Shown: piece by piece, positions 1-9,206 of the stretch | Layout: every line of letters begins with the position of its first letter | Numbering within the stretch: position 1 is the stretch's first letter | Assembly (NCBI GenBank): GCA_041736805.1 | Contig: JBGSSW010000016.1 | Span: 2,526 to 66,525, forward strand | Source of the DNA: Minisyncoccia bacterium | GTDB lineage: Bacteria > Patescibacteriota > Minisyncoccia > Phycocordibacterales > UBA918 | Direction: 5' to 3' | DNA length: 64,000 nucleotides | The notes under the pieces: model-generated | Told to the model about the DNA's origin: nothing | Seen by the model: the letters and a program-made list of their open reading frames with translations, nothing else | Database searches by the model: none | Position numbers and translations under genes: made by a program

Positions 1-822
1 AGCCATGGCTCCGTATAATCCCACCTCATCACCCAGAGTTGCAGTGGTAATAAAAGGACACGGCGCGAAACCGTCTAAGACTTCAACGGTATATTTACGA
101 ATAGCCTCAAGCGGTATCTTAGGGTCCCCTAAAATCATAGACCCGCCTAAAGCAATAACTTCTGGTGACCAATAAAGGATTGTATTACGAAGTCCTTGCG
201 CCAAATAGCCAGCTAATTCATCCCAAATCATATCCTCTTGCGGAATTTCTTTTGGTTTCATGCCTACTCGCAACTCCAATCCTGTCCCAGAGACTAAGTT
301 TTCCAAAGTGGGACTGATTTCATCTCCTAGGATTGTACGATCTATATCCAAAACTTGATGTCCTGGTTCAAAGCCACTACTAGCTTCATCAATTTTACCA
401 CCATCAATTTTGACTCCACCTACCCCAGTACTAATTGTGTGATAGACAAAAATATCTACTCCCTTCCCTACTCCAAATATCGCTTCACCTAACCCAGCCA
501 GAGCTGTATCGTTCTCTAAATAGACCTTGGTTTTAAATTTTTTATTAAGAGCAGATACTATAGAGTGATTGGCCCACTCACCTAAAATTCCATCATTATC
601 AATTCCAGACCTATCCTCACTTAGTAAACCACGTACTCCTCCACAAATTCCTTTGATTGGTTTAGCTGGATTTAAATCTTGAATAGCTTTCTCTATTGCC
701 TCAATGCCTTTTGCAAAATTTTTTGGCGTTGGAAAGGTTCTGCTTCCATTTAATTTTAATAAATCATCACTAGTAGCAACTCTAGTCTTGGTTCCGCCAA
801 TATCAAATAAAATATAACTCAT
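1..822 (-). CDS. ROK-family sugar kinase (glucokinase-like), 5' portion only; the C-terminus lies beyond the window start
   Basis: Minus-strand translation from the ATG at 822 reads MSYILLDIGGTKTRVAT..., an N-terminal DxGGT phosphate-binding motif typical of ROK/glucokinase. The frame stays open to position 1. Its ATG overlaps the pgi stop in an ATGA arrangement. It is missing from the ORF track because it runs off the window edge. Confidence 0.5.
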   Translation of the reverse strand, partial: MSYILFDIGGTKTRVATSDDLLKLNGSRTFPTPKNFAKGIEAIEKAIQDLNPAKPIKGICGGVRGLLSEDRSGIDNDGILGEWANHSIVSALNKKFKTKVYLENDTALAGLGEAIFGVGKGVDIFVYHTISTGVGGVKIDGGKIDEASSGFEPGHQVLDIDRTILGDEISPTLENLVSGTGLELRVGMKPKEIPQEDMIWDELAGYLAQGLRNTILYWSPEVIALGGSMILGDPKIPLEAIRKYTVEVLDGFAPCPFITTATLGDEVGLYGAMA

Positions 823-2075
823 ATGCCGAGTATTTCCTTGGTTTTTATTTTGTACAACTCAACATTTGGCTGATTAAAAGCGTTGATTTTTAGAATATGA
901 GCAGTATACATAACTTCCCTCATTCGCATGCCCATAAATTGACCGACTGAATATGCTAAATTTTCTTCAAAAATAGTAGCTCTGTAAGGTAGCTGCACCT
1001 CTTGATATGCAGAAATAACACCTCCGTATATGGCAGTGGCTACCTCTTGAACTGAGTAACCTTTTAAAACGGGAGCTAATGCATTGACCTTAGGTAACAT
1101 AACATCAATTTTCTCATCGTCAAAAGTAACAAAGTCTGTATAGACATCTGGAACCCCACTCATGTAAAGCTGCCCAACTGAATGTAGTTCAACTGAGGTA
1201 GAAATTGCAGGCACCATTGCATGCTTGATACTATCGCCATTAATATCCTTTTCTTTACCTAAGCTTTCAGCAAAAAGCTGTCTGTACCAGCGCCCTAGTT
1301 TCTCCAGTCTAGTCTCAAAGGCAAAGAAATTATAGTGGTGATATTTTAGCTGATGGTAGGCAGCAAGCCTACTAGCGCTGTCGGCTACCACTGATTCTAA
1401 AGTGGTTTCAGAAGAATCAAGGAAGCCTGTAATGAATTCATCAACGTCGTGCCCTAATAGGGCTAGTGGTACTAAGCCAGCTGCTGTAGCAATAGAATAT
1501 CGTCCTCCAACAACTTCGGGCATCGTGACGCATTCAGACCCTTTCTTGCGTCCATATTTCATAAAATCAGTTCCTGGGCTACCAATGAACAAAGTTTGTT
1601 GGTAAACACTTTCACCAAATTTTTGCTTTAAATCATCTAGTACAACAAGTGCATTTGTAAACATTTCGATAGTTTGTCCCGACTTGCTACTGACACAGAT
1701 AGCCAAATCCGAAACCTTTTTTATCGAAGATAATTCCTTGCGCAATTCGTAAATCTTACTGACAGACGCCGTATCAAGTACCCGTAACTTCACTCCCCCT
1801 TCATCTAAAGTGGCGTGCACAGCTTCTACTCCAAGGGTTTGTCCACCAATACCAATCAAAATTACATATTTAATACCTTTGAAACGCTTCTTAACACTAG
1901 CCAATGTTTCGTGCAATGAAAAATCCCGACAATGATAAAGAGAATGTTCTGCTACATCCAAATTGTTAGTTTCAAAGTTAGAGGCTATTTCTTCTCTATA
2001 ATTTTTAAGTTTCTTTAAATTTGTACTTAGCGTCTTTTCTGAAACTCGTTTGTCGTCGAAGTAGGAAATGTACAT
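819..2075 (-). CDS. pgi: glucose-6-phosphate isomerase
   Basis: 418 aa. Contains the SIS-domain motifs GIGGQTLG and SKSGQTIE characteristic of PGI. Its length fits bacterial/archaeal-type PGI. Confidence 0.8.
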   Translation of the reverse strand: MYISYFDDKRVSEKTLSTNLKKLKNYREEIASNFETNNLDVAEHSLYHCRDFSLHETLASVKKRFKGIKYVILIGIGGQTLGVEAVHATLDEGGVKLRVLDTASVSKIYELRKELSSIKKVSDLAICVSSKSGQTIEMFTNALVVLDDLKQKFGESVYQQTLFIGSPGTDFMKYGRKKGSECVTMPEVVGGRYSIATAAGLVPLALLGHDVDEFITGFLDSSETTLESVVADSASRLAAYHQLKYHHYNFFAFETRLEKLGRWYRQLFAESLGKEKDINGDSIKHAMVPAISTSVELHSVGQLYMSGVPDVYTDFVTFDDEKIDVMLPKVNALAPVLKGYSVQEVATAIYGGVISAYQEVQLPYRATIFEENLAYSVGQFMGMRMREVMYTAHILKINAFNQPNVELYKIKTKEILGI

Positions 2076-2085
2076 ATTAATAATA

Positions 2086-2826
2086 TTAAACTTGTCTAGT
2101 ATTCACAAAATCTACGTTTTTTATTATGTACTTATAAGCTTCCTCTACAGTATCGACGAGGTGAAATAGTTCAAGATCTTCCTTGCTGATTGTTTTATGC
2201 TTCTTTAATAGATCCTTTTCAAACCATCGTAATAAAGGTTCCCAATAATCTTTACCAAATAATACTATTGGAAGTTTTTCAATTTTCTTAGTCTGGATTA
2301 AGGTAACAATTTCAAAAAATTCATCTAAAGTACCAAACCCACCTGGAAAATAAACATAAACTTCCGAAGAAAAAGTTAACATTACTTTTCGGGCAAAGAA
2401 AAAATCGAAGTCTAAAGATTCAGTCGTATAAGGATTTAACTTTTGTTCAAATGGAAGTTCAATATTTAGACCGATGGAATTCCCTCCCACTTTGAAAGCC
2501 CCAACGTTTGAGGCTTCCATAATACCTGGCCCCCCACCCGAAATAATTGTAAAACCTTTTTTTGCTAAGCGCGCAGCTAATTCCTCAGCGTCTTTATAGT
2601 ACGGTTCGTTAGGCTTAATTCTGGCACTTCCCCAAAAAGTTGCTGCTAGTCCGTAATTTCTTAACAACTCAAATCCTTGTACGAATTCAGACATGATTCT
2701 AAAAACACGCCAAGACTCTATGGCGGCATCGTTGCCTCTAGGGTCTAGTAATTCTGTAACCACGCGACAATTTTGAGCTTTCTTTTTTTCAGACTTACTC
2801 TTTATATTGAATATTTTTTTAACCAT
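2086..2826 (-). CDS. LOG-family protein (cytokinin riboside 5'-monophosphate phosphoribohydrolase-like, TIGR00730)
   Basis: Motifs GGGPGIMEA and PGGFGTLDEFFE. The start was moved to the internal Met at 2826 so the gene does not overlap the upstream exonuclease gene by 28 nt. Confidence 0.7.
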   Translation of the reverse strand: MVKKIFNIKSKSEKKKAQNCRVVTELLDPRGNDAAIESWRVFRIMSEFVQGFELLRNYGLAATFWGSARIKPNEPYYKDAEELAARLAKKGFTIISGGGPGIMEASNVGAFKVGGNSIGLNIELPFEQKLNPYTTESLDFDFFFARKVMLTFSSEVYVYFPGGFGTLDEFFEIVTLIQTKKIEKLPIVLFGKDYWEPLLRWFEKDLLKKHKTISKEDLELFHLVDTVEEAYKYIIKNVDFVNTRQV

Positions 2827-2831
2827 ATTTA

Positions 2832-3443
2832 TCATATTGTAGCACTTGGAAATGTCCACGGCATTAGGAAAGAATCAAACTCGGGGAGAAGCATTTTATT
2901 ATTAAGTAAACGAGAAGTAACCTCAGCGTGGCAAAGTGCTCCCGTAAGAGCATTATGTGGTTCAGGTTCACTAGGGATACCGCAATAATTTAACACCACA
3001 TCAAGATTTAAGGCGCTTCTGCGATGCTGTTCATCAATAGGCGCTGAAAGTCCTCTCTTTACCATATGCATCCAGCAAAAAGTGTGTGTATCTAGAGTGC
3101 GATGGGCCATATCCCAAGCAATATTTGCTCTATCGCAAGCGGCCCTCATCATATCACGATCAAAAGAAACATTTTGCCCAACTAAAGTTCTGTCAGACAT
3201 GTGTTGTGACCACTCCATAAAATTTTGAATCAATTCCGCTTCAGTTAACTTGGTTTCATCCCGAATTTCTTCCTCGGTGTAACCGTTTACTTCCAGAGCC
3301 CCATCCATAACGTGTGCACCTTGCCAAATTCTGCACTCACCATAAAAACGATTGCTTGGATTAGCAAAATCCAAAGCACCAATTGAAACAATAGAGTGTT
3401 TCTTGTAATCAGTTCCAGAGGCTTCAACATCGACAATTATCAT
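2832..3443 (-). CDS. DEDDh-family 3'-5' exonuclease (DnaQ/epsilon-like)
   Basis: N-terminal MIIVDVEASG (Exo I motif). A downstream H...D motif and a length of about 200 aa are typical. Confidence 0.6.
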   Translation of the reverse strand: MIIVDVEASGTDYKKHSIVSIGALDFANPSNRFYGECRIWQGAHVMDGALEVNGYTEEEIRDETKLTEAELIQNFMEWSQHMSDRTLVGQNVSFDRDMMRAACDRANIAWDMAHRTLDTHTFCWMHMVKRGLSAPIDEQHRRSALNLDVVLNYCGIPSEPEPHNALTGALCHAEVTSRLLNNKMLLPEFDSFLMPWTFPSATI

Positions 3444-3452
3444 AGTAGCAAT

Positions 3453-4259
3453 TTATTTATTGGTGGGTTTTACAAAATTAATTTTATCATACAAACCTGC
3501 AACTGCTGCACCGTAATAAATTAAAAGGGCCCAAACATATATCCAAATAAGTAAAACTAAGATTAAGCCAGCAGCACCAAAAAGTGTTAAGACGGGAGTA
3601 GAGGCAATATAGGAACCAACTAAAATCTTGGCTAAAACAAATAAAATTGAACTCACTAACGCTCCAACAAAGCAGCCTTTTAGACTTGGTGCTTTCATCA
3701 CCAAGAAACGATACAAGGTGAAGAAAAATAAAGTGGTTGAACTAAACAAAACTAAAGACGACGTAATTTCGTTCTCACCAAAAAAGGCTGGGGCAATAAA
3801 AAATTCAATCCCAATACTAAAGGTAAGATAAATTTGTAAAACAAGGATAAAGCCAACCGAGCGTAAGCTCTTGAATATCCAGGCCTTAAAACCCCTGCGT
3901 TCATTTCCCCATAAAACATGAAAACCATCACTAAGTGTATTAAGGGCTATAATACAAAAAAAGATAAAAAAAGAAGTTCCAATGAAATTAAAATTGTTGG
4001 CTTGGTTTTCTAAGCCAATATTACTAATAGCACTTTTGATAATTTTAATTAAGTCTTCTCCCAAGACTGATCCCCAAGACGAAAAGACATTTGTAATAAA
4101 AGTGTCGCCATAAAGAAAACCTAAAAAAGAGATTGAAAGAAAGAGGAGAGGAATTAGGGCCATTGGTGCATAGTAGGAAAAAGCAGCTGCGTAATAGCTA
4201 ATTTCGCATTCAAAAAAGCGCTTGCCCGCGTCAAACAGTAGGTAGAAAAATTTAACCAT
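3453..4259 (-). CDS. YihY/BrkB-family polytopic membrane protein
   Basis: 268 aa and highly hydrophobic. The N-terminal AAAFSYYAPMALIPLL signature is typical of the YihY/virulence factor BrkB family. Confidence 0.5.
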   Translation of the reverse strand: MVKFFYLLFDAGKRFFECEISYYAAAFSYYAPMALIPLLFLSISFLGFLYGDTFITNVFSSWGSVLGEDLIKIIKSAISNIGLENQANNFNFIGTSFFIFFCIIALNTLSDGFHVLWGNERRGFKAWIFKSLRSVGFILVLQIYLTFSIGIEFFIAPAFFGENEITSSLVLFSSTTLFFFTLYRFLVMKAPSLKGCFVGALVSSILFVLAKILVGSYIASTPVLTLFGAAGLILVLLIWIYVWALLIYYGAAVAGLYDKINFVKPTNK

Positions 4260-4281
4260 ATATTTTAACTAATACTCTATT

Positions 4282-4668
4282 CTATTGTAATCCAGAGCAA
4301 TTAGCAGCCGGTTTATACCCGGCAGACTCGGCTGCGGCTTTTGAAGTAAAGTAAATTTTATTTTCCTCCTTTATCTGTTTGGCTCCAGGGCACGTGAGGA
4401 GGTGATATTTGGAGCCGGATTTTGAAGCCACCAGTTCTGTTGTACCGCTGTTGGCCCTTGTGGCTGACTCTGACTTCTGATTTGATACTGACGCCGGTAA
4501 AGCTACCGTATCCAAAGCTTTAAAGCTCGGCTGTGAAATCTCCTCTATTTCAGCCACCACCTCTACCGAGGCCCTGCCTAAAGCAAATGAAGTAATCCCT
4601 ACTAAGATCAACATTAAGCCAAAGAAAATTTGGTCATTTTGAAGGAAAAGCTTGAATTTTTCAAACAT
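4282..4668 (-). CDS. membrane-anchored small protein with a C-terminal Ada-like zinc-ribbon motif
   Basis: An N-terminal TM segment is followed by a Ser/Thr-rich linker. The C-terminus reads [38 protein letters not shown], which matches the FYHxxxC...N..F.S...A...GYxPC..C pattern of the Ada metal-binding domain. Confidence 0.4.
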   Translation of the reverse strand: MFEKFKLFLQNDQIFFGLMLILVGITSFALGRASVEVVAEIEEISQPSFKALDTVALPASVSNQKSESATRANSGTTELVASKSGSKYHLLTCPGAKQIKEENKIYFTSKAAAESAGYKPAANCSGLQ

Positions 4669-4714
4669 ATATCGTATACTCCACCAGTTATATTTCGTTT
4701 ATTTATTATATACT

Positions 4715-4993
4715 ATGGCAACTAAGAAAGCGGGAGGTACCGCTAAAAACCTGCGTGATTCGCAACCAAAATACCTAGGAATTAAGAAAGCTGCTGGACA
4801 GGCAGTAAAGGCTGGCAATATTATTGTTAGACAGCGCGGAACCAAAATTGAAGCCGGTAAAGGGGTTTTTATTGGTAAAGACCATACTTTATTTGCGGCA
4901 ATTGCCGGAACAGTTTCTTTCCGAAACATTCGCAAAACTCGTTTCAATGGAAAGACTGTAAGTAAGAAAAGTGTTGATGTTTTAGCTGCTTAG
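4715..4993 (+). CDS. rpmA: 50S ribosomal protein L27
   Basis: Begins [25 protein letters not shown]...[24 protein letters not shown], the canonical L27 sequence. The ORF-track start at 4652 is an upstream in-frame extension. Confidence 0.9.
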   Translation: MATKKAGGTAKNLRDSQPKYLGIKKAAGQAVKAGNIIVRQRGTKIEAGKGVFIGKDHTLFAAIAGTVSFRNIRKTRFNGKTVSKKSVDVLAA

Positions 4994-5005
4994 CTAAATA
5001 AAAAA

Positions 5006-5036
5006 GCCTCGCGCCAAAGGCGCGAGGCTTTTTTTA
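5006..5036. terminator. bidirectional rho-independent terminator between rpmA and ppiB
   Basis: The perfect stem gcctcgcgcc/ggcgcgaggc encloses a 4-nt loop. It is flanked by an A-run upstream and a T-run downstream, so it can act on either strand. Confidence 0.6.
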
Positions 5037-5055
5037 TTTTAAAATCCAACTGGAA

Positions 5056-5751
5056 CTATTTTCTTAGGATATCTATAGATTCGATCACTACATCATCAAG
5101 TGGTAAGTCTCTATCATCTACTGGCGTAAAGGAAATCTTGTCTACTATTTCCATACCTTCAATGACGTGTCCAAAAACTGGGTGTTTAGAAGATAGAGGG
5201 GGTTTGTCAAAATCTAAGTTTGTATTATCTGCGACATTAATGAAAAATTGACTACCGCCACTATTTGGACCACTATTTGCCATTGATATTGTGCCTCTTA
5301 TGTTAGTTAAATACTTACCAGCGATGTGTTCATCTGGAATAGAGTACCCTGGTCCACCAGTTCCGTAACGTAGGTATTCTTCAGTTTTAGTAATTGGATC
5401 ACCTCCCTGAATCATAAATCCATCTATTACTCGATGAAATTTGATCCCATTATAAAAACCTTCCTCAGCTAATTTAATAAAGTTGCCAGCTGTGACAGGC
5501 ATAGTATCTTCAAACAACTCCATCTTGAATGTTCCTAAATTAGTTTTAAATTCTGCAACTGGGTTTTTCTTGTTTGTCATAGAAACTTTATAGGCGGCTA
5601 ATTCTTTTGCTGTTAGCGGCGAAATTAATTTTTCACTATCGTCATTACTACTAATATCCTTATTTGGCGCCAGCCAAATACTAATACCTGCTACCAATAA
5701 TCCACAAAATACCAGTACTGAGGCTACGCTGATTATATTATTTTTTGACAT
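5056..5751 (-). CDS. ppiB: peptidyl-prolyl cis-trans isomerase, cyclophilin type, with an N-terminal membrane anchor
   Basis: Cyclophilin motifs FHRVIDGFMIQGGDP and GTISMANSGPNSGGSQFFI. The start was set at MSKNN (5751), 4 nt after the rplI stop. Confidence 0.8.
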   Translation of the reverse strand: MSKNNIISVASVLVFCGLLVAGISIWLAPNKDISSNDDSEKLISPLTAKELAAYKVSMTNKKNPVAEFKTNLGTFKMELFEDTMPVTAGNFIKLAEEGFYNGIKFHRVIDGFMIQGGDPITKTEEYLRYGTGGPGYSIPDEHIAGKYLTNIRGTISMANSGPNSGGSQFFINVADNTNLDFDKPPLSSKHPVFGHVIEGMEIVDKISFTPVDDRDLPLDDVVIESIDILRK

Positions 5752-5755
5752 GGCT

Positions 5756-6196
5756 TTATTTAGCGACAACATTAATTTGAATTGAGGCCACTTCACCATG
5801 ATTTTTTAATTGAATTTCATGTTGACCAATTGATTTAATTGGGTTCATTAAATGAATATACTCTTTCGGTAATACAAGGTTAACTTTAGCTGCTGAATTA
5901 ACAATGTCATCAGCGTGAATACTTTGAAATAAGTGTCCTTGCTGATTAGCTTGAACCAATACTTCCAAAGGAGTACTTTTTAATTCGCCTGCAATTTTCT
6001 TAATTTCTTTAACAATCACTTCTTTGCTGGTTTTGTCTTTCAAGCGCATGTTTTCAACCCTCTTTATATTTACTGGTGTAGCTGGTTCGGCGTCCTTACG
6101 CGGAATTAACTTATTGAGTGCAAAGCCATCAGGAACCTCTACCACCTGATACCTTCGGCCAATTTTTGCGACATCTCGTAACAGAATGACTTTCAT
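5756..6196 (-). CDS. rplI: 50S ribosomal protein L9
   Basis: N-terminal MKVILLRDVAKIGRRYQVVEVPDGFALNKLIP matches the L9 N-domain consensus. The 146-aa length fits. Confidence 0.85.
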   Translation of the reverse strand: MKVILLRDVAKIGRRYQVVEVPDGFALNKLIPRKDAEPATPVNIKRVENMRLKDKTSKEVIVKEIKKIAGELKSTPLEVLVQANQQGHLFQSIHADDIVNSAAKVNLVLPKEYIHLMNPIKSIGQHEIQLKNHGEVASIQINVVAK

Positions 6197-6275
6197 GCTT
6201 TATTAAAGGTTATGTACACTAATAAATTTTATCGGCCAATAATAGCAAAATCCGTTCTCTGCCGCTAGCTACTAG

Positions 6276-7574
6276 CTATTCAGAAACAACTTCTTCTCCT
6301 TTCAAGAATTTAATAGCTACGTCTTGCTGAGGGTCAAGATTGTCCAAACGTTGTTGTGGAGTACGACTAATCTTGATGTCTGGCTTGAGTCCAGAATCAG
6401 AAATTGATATTCCTTCTGGAGTAAGCCATCTAGCCACAGTAATTTTAACTGATGAGCCATTATCTAATTGCACCAATTCCTGCACTGAACCTTTACCAAA
6501 AGTGTCCACCCCAATCAAAGTAGCTGCGTCATGTTCTCGCAGGGCGCCAGCCAAAATTTCAGAAGCAGAAGCTGATCCGCCGTCTATTAAAATAACCATT
6601 TCCTTAGCACTAAACTCTTTAATGGTTCTTCCCTGACTACGGTATAACTTTTCTTCATCGCCTTCACCGAAGTGTTCCCTTACAACTATCTTTCCGGTCG
6701 GCAGGAAGTAACCTGCAATGGCTACAGCACTCTGCAGATAACCCCCAGGATTTCCTCTTAGGTCCAAGACTATTTTGTTTGAGCCACTTTTTACATACTC
6801 TCTTAAGGCTTCTTGAAATTTCATCTCAGAGATAGCGTTAAAGCTATACAGTCTGATTATGAAAATTCCATCAACTACTTCGGTCTTGATGGTTGGAATA
6901 TTTATCGTGTCTCTAGTTACCGGTATTTCTCTGATTTCCAAATCACCTTCACGGAAGATTGAAAGCACCACTACAGTTCCCTTTTCACCTCGAATTAACT
7001 TAACCGCTTCATCGATCCTCATGCCGTCAGTATTTTGTCCATCGATTTTTACAATCAAATCTCCGGCCATAATACCAGCTCTTTCAGCTGGAGTGTCAGG
7101 CAAAGGTGCTATCACCGTTACAATATTATCTCTAATCCCCACCTCCATTCCTATCCCACTAAAATTACCGGAAATATCTTCAGCAAATTCCGCACTCTCA
7201 ACCGGAGGAAAAAATACTGTATAAGGGTCACCATAAGTTGCCACCAGACCTTCAATAGCTCCATTAATTTTGTCTTCATTAGATAAGCTAACAGTAGTAC
7301 TAGCAGAAATAAATTTTTCATCTAACAAATTCCAAACTTTCCAAAACTCGGTTAAGTCGGCCTCCTTATTTTCAGCTGAGTTAACAGGATTTGAAAAAAA
7401 AGAAAATAAGCTAGCTGTCTGATTTTCATTATTAAATAAAGTACTGGCTTGCAGGCCAGAGGTAAAGGATCCAGCGGCTAAGATTAGGGCTAGCGCGATA
7501 CCTAAATAATTACTTTTTTTGGAAGGTTTTCCTTGTTTTAATAAATCTGGATTAAATGGTTTTTCTTCATACAT
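6276..7574 (-). CDS. ctpA: carboxyl-terminal processing protease (S41 family) with a PDZ domain
   Basis: A PDZ region (GIMAGDLIVKIDG) is followed by the S41 signature LDLRGNPGGYL...IDGGSASASEILAGAL...GKGSVQ. An N-terminal TM anchor is present. Confidence 0.85.
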   Translation of the reverse strand: MYEEKPFNPDLLKQGKPSKKSNYLGIALALILAAGSFTSGLQASTLFNNENQTASLFSFFSNPVNSAENKEADLTEFWKVWNLLDEKFISASTTVSLSNEDKINGAIEGLVATYGDPYTVFFPPVESAEFAEDISGNFSGIGMEVGIRDNIVTVIAPLPDTPAERAGIMAGDLIVKIDGQNTDGMRIDEAVKLIRGEKGTVVVLSIFREGDLEIREIPVTRDTINIPTIKTEVVDGIFIIRLYSFNAISEMKFQEALREYVKSGSNKIVLDLRGNPGGYLQSAVAIAGYFLPTGKIVVREHFGEGDEEKLYRSQGRTIKEFSAKEMVILIDGGSASASEILAGALREHDAATLIGVDTFGKGSVQELVQLDNGSSVKITVARWLTPEGISISDSGLKPDIKISRTPQQRLDNLDPQQDVAIKFLKGEEVVSE

Positions 7575-7587
7575 AGTGACTATTATG

Positions 7588-7631
7588 ACATGAAGTGGCT
7601 CGATGACAAAAGTCGTTATGTGACTTCATGT
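7588..7631. promoter_or_regulatory. 9-bp inverted repeat (acatgaagt ... acttcatgt) in the ctpA/cysS divergent intergenic region
   Basis: Seen directly in the sequence. A spacer of about 26 nt separates the arms. It may be an operator or an RNA hairpin; function unknown. Confidence 0.25.
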
Positions 7632-7660
7632 TTAAGCTCTATTTTGTTACACTATAGAAC

Positions 7661-9121
7661 ATGTTTAACAATCTATTTAAAAAACCCGCCTCAAATACAA
7701 ATCTGCCTGAAATTAGTTTTTATAACACAGAATCAAAAAAACTTGAGTTATTTAAGCCTATTTCAAACAAGACAGTCAGCATTTACTCTTGTGGTCCAAC
7801 TGTCTATGATTATGTACATATTGGTAATCTACGTTCTTACGTATTCTCCGATATATTGAAGCGAACCCTACTGATTAACGGCTATACTGTAAATCAAACT
7901 ATAAACATAACTGATTTTGGCCACTTAACTGATGATGGGGATGCCGGTGAAGATAAAATGATGAAAGGTTTAAAGCGAGAAGGTCTTCCAGTGACCTTAG
8001 ACTCAATGCGAGAACTTTCAGATACTTACATTGATGCTTTTTATGATGATATTGATTCGTTGCGCATCCTACCTCCTACTACATGGTCACGAGCCAGTGA
8101 CTACATTAATTCACAGATACGGCTAATCGAAACCCTTTCCGAAAAAGGTTACACCTATGAGACTAGCGACGGGGTCTATTTTGATATTCAAAAGTATCCG
8201 AACTATGGAAGACTAGGAAATATTGACCTAGAACAATTAAAAAGTGGAGCCAGAGTTGAAGTCAATACTGAAAAGCGCCATCCCGCTGATTTCGCAGTTT
8301 GGAAAAAAGGTCAACTTGGTTGGGAAAGCCGCTGGGGTAAAGGTTTCCCGGGTTGGCATATTGAATGTTCGGCTATGGCCATGGCGACCCTTGGTAAGGA
8401 GATAGATATTCATACTGGTGGTATTGACCACATTCCAGTTCACCACAACGCCGAAATAGCTCAATCTGAATGTGCGACGGGTAAAAAATTTGTTCGCTAC
8501 TGGATGCACAATGCTTTCATTACTATAGATAATACAAAGATCGCCAAATCACTTGGTAATTCTATTACCTTAAGACACCTCTTTGATCGTGGCTTTACTG
8601 GCGATGACTATCGTTATTGGCTGCTAACGGCCCACTACCGTTCCCCGATTAATTTCTCCTGGGATGCCCTCACAGCGGCCAAACAAGCCCTCTACCGACT
8701 CAAACGCTTTGTCTACGAAGACTACAAACAAATACCAGGACTACCTAACCAAGACTACGTTAAAAAATTCAAACAATTTTTAGCTAATGATTTAGACACT
8801 CCTTCAGCTATTGCTTTACTATGGGAAGTGACAAAAGACGATTCTCTTACCAACAAAGAGAAGTGTGCCACCATTCACTACATGGACAATGTTTTAGAAA
8901 TTGGTTTAAGTGATGATTTAGACAGTGGTAAAAAAACCCTCGGTATTGTTGGTAGTAGTGATATTCCCGCGGAAATTCAAGAATTGATAAATAATCGTGA
9001 AGCGGCCAGAATTGCCCGCAATTGGTTAGAGGCCGATAAATTTCGAGAATTATTAAACTTGAAAGGCTACTCTGTAGAAGATACACCTTACGGGCCAAAA
9101 ATAAGTAAGGGTTCTGAGTAA
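7661..9121 (+). CDS. cysS: cysteinyl-tRNA synthetase
   Basis: Contains CGPTVYDYVHIGN (HIGH region), HIECSAM and KIAKSLGN (KMSKS). 486 aa. Confidence 0.9.
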   Translation: MFNNLFKKPASNTNLPEISFYNTESKKLELFKPISNKTVSIYSCGPTVYDYVHIGNLRSYVFSDILKRTLLINGYTVNQTINITDFGHLTDDGDAGEDKMMKGLKREGLPVTLDSMRELSDTYIDAFYDDIDSLRILPPTTWSRASDYINSQIRLIETLSEKGYTYETSDGVYFDIQKYPNYGRLGNIDLEQLKSGARVEVNTEKRHPADFAVWKKGQLGWESRWGKGFPGWHIECSAMAMATLGKEIDIHTGGIDHIPVHHNAEIAQSECATGKKFVRYWMHNAFITIDNTKIAKSLGNSITLRHLFDRGFTGDDYRYWLLTAHYRSPINFSWDALTAAKQALYRLKRFVYEDYKQIPGLPNQDYVKKFKQFLANDLDTPSAIALLWEVTKDDSLTNKEKCATIHYMDNVLEIGLSDDLDSGKKTLGIVGSSDIPAEIQELINNREAARIARNWLEADKFRELLNLKGYSVEDTPYGPKISKGSE

Positions 9122-9188
9122 ATTTACGACCTCAAAAGTTATAAACAAAGTCCACAGTACTGTGCAAAAGTAGTCAAGGAAGGAAGCG

Positions 9189-9206
9189 TGATACAATGCT
9201 ACCACT
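9189..9206 (+). promoter_or_regulatory. putative extended -10 promoter of dnaB (TGaTACAAT) lying 9 nt upstream of the ATG
   Basis: cgTGaTACAATgctaccactATG. No SD sequence separates the -10 element from the start codon. This implies a leaderless or very short leader. Confidence 0.35.

Noticed and set aside
4699-4947. 82-aa ORF antisense to rpmA, and similar antisense or embedded ORFs at 1402-1605, 3628-3831, 6340-6636, 6859-7224, 7035-7286, 8237-8509, 8847-9256, 10181-10552, 11446-11697, 13950-14262, 16731-16925, 17862-18065, 20797-21036, 22977-23183, 26625-26924, 27319-27612, 28312-29181, 35357-35614, 35823-36032, 36348-37081, 38509-38703, 43199-44278, 45912-46894, 47554-48335, 49838-52811, 54343-55966, 57035-57732, 59049-59831, 61294-61488 and 62121-62315
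   Set aside because: Each lies entirely inside, and antisense to or out of frame with, a well-supported conserved gene. None has a recognisable motif. They are typical of spurious ORFs opposite AT-poor codon positions.
7590-7859. 89-aa + strand ORF overlapping the cysS start
   Set aside because: It is out of frame with cysS and hydrophobic low-complexity. The CysRS homology begins at the ATG at 7661.
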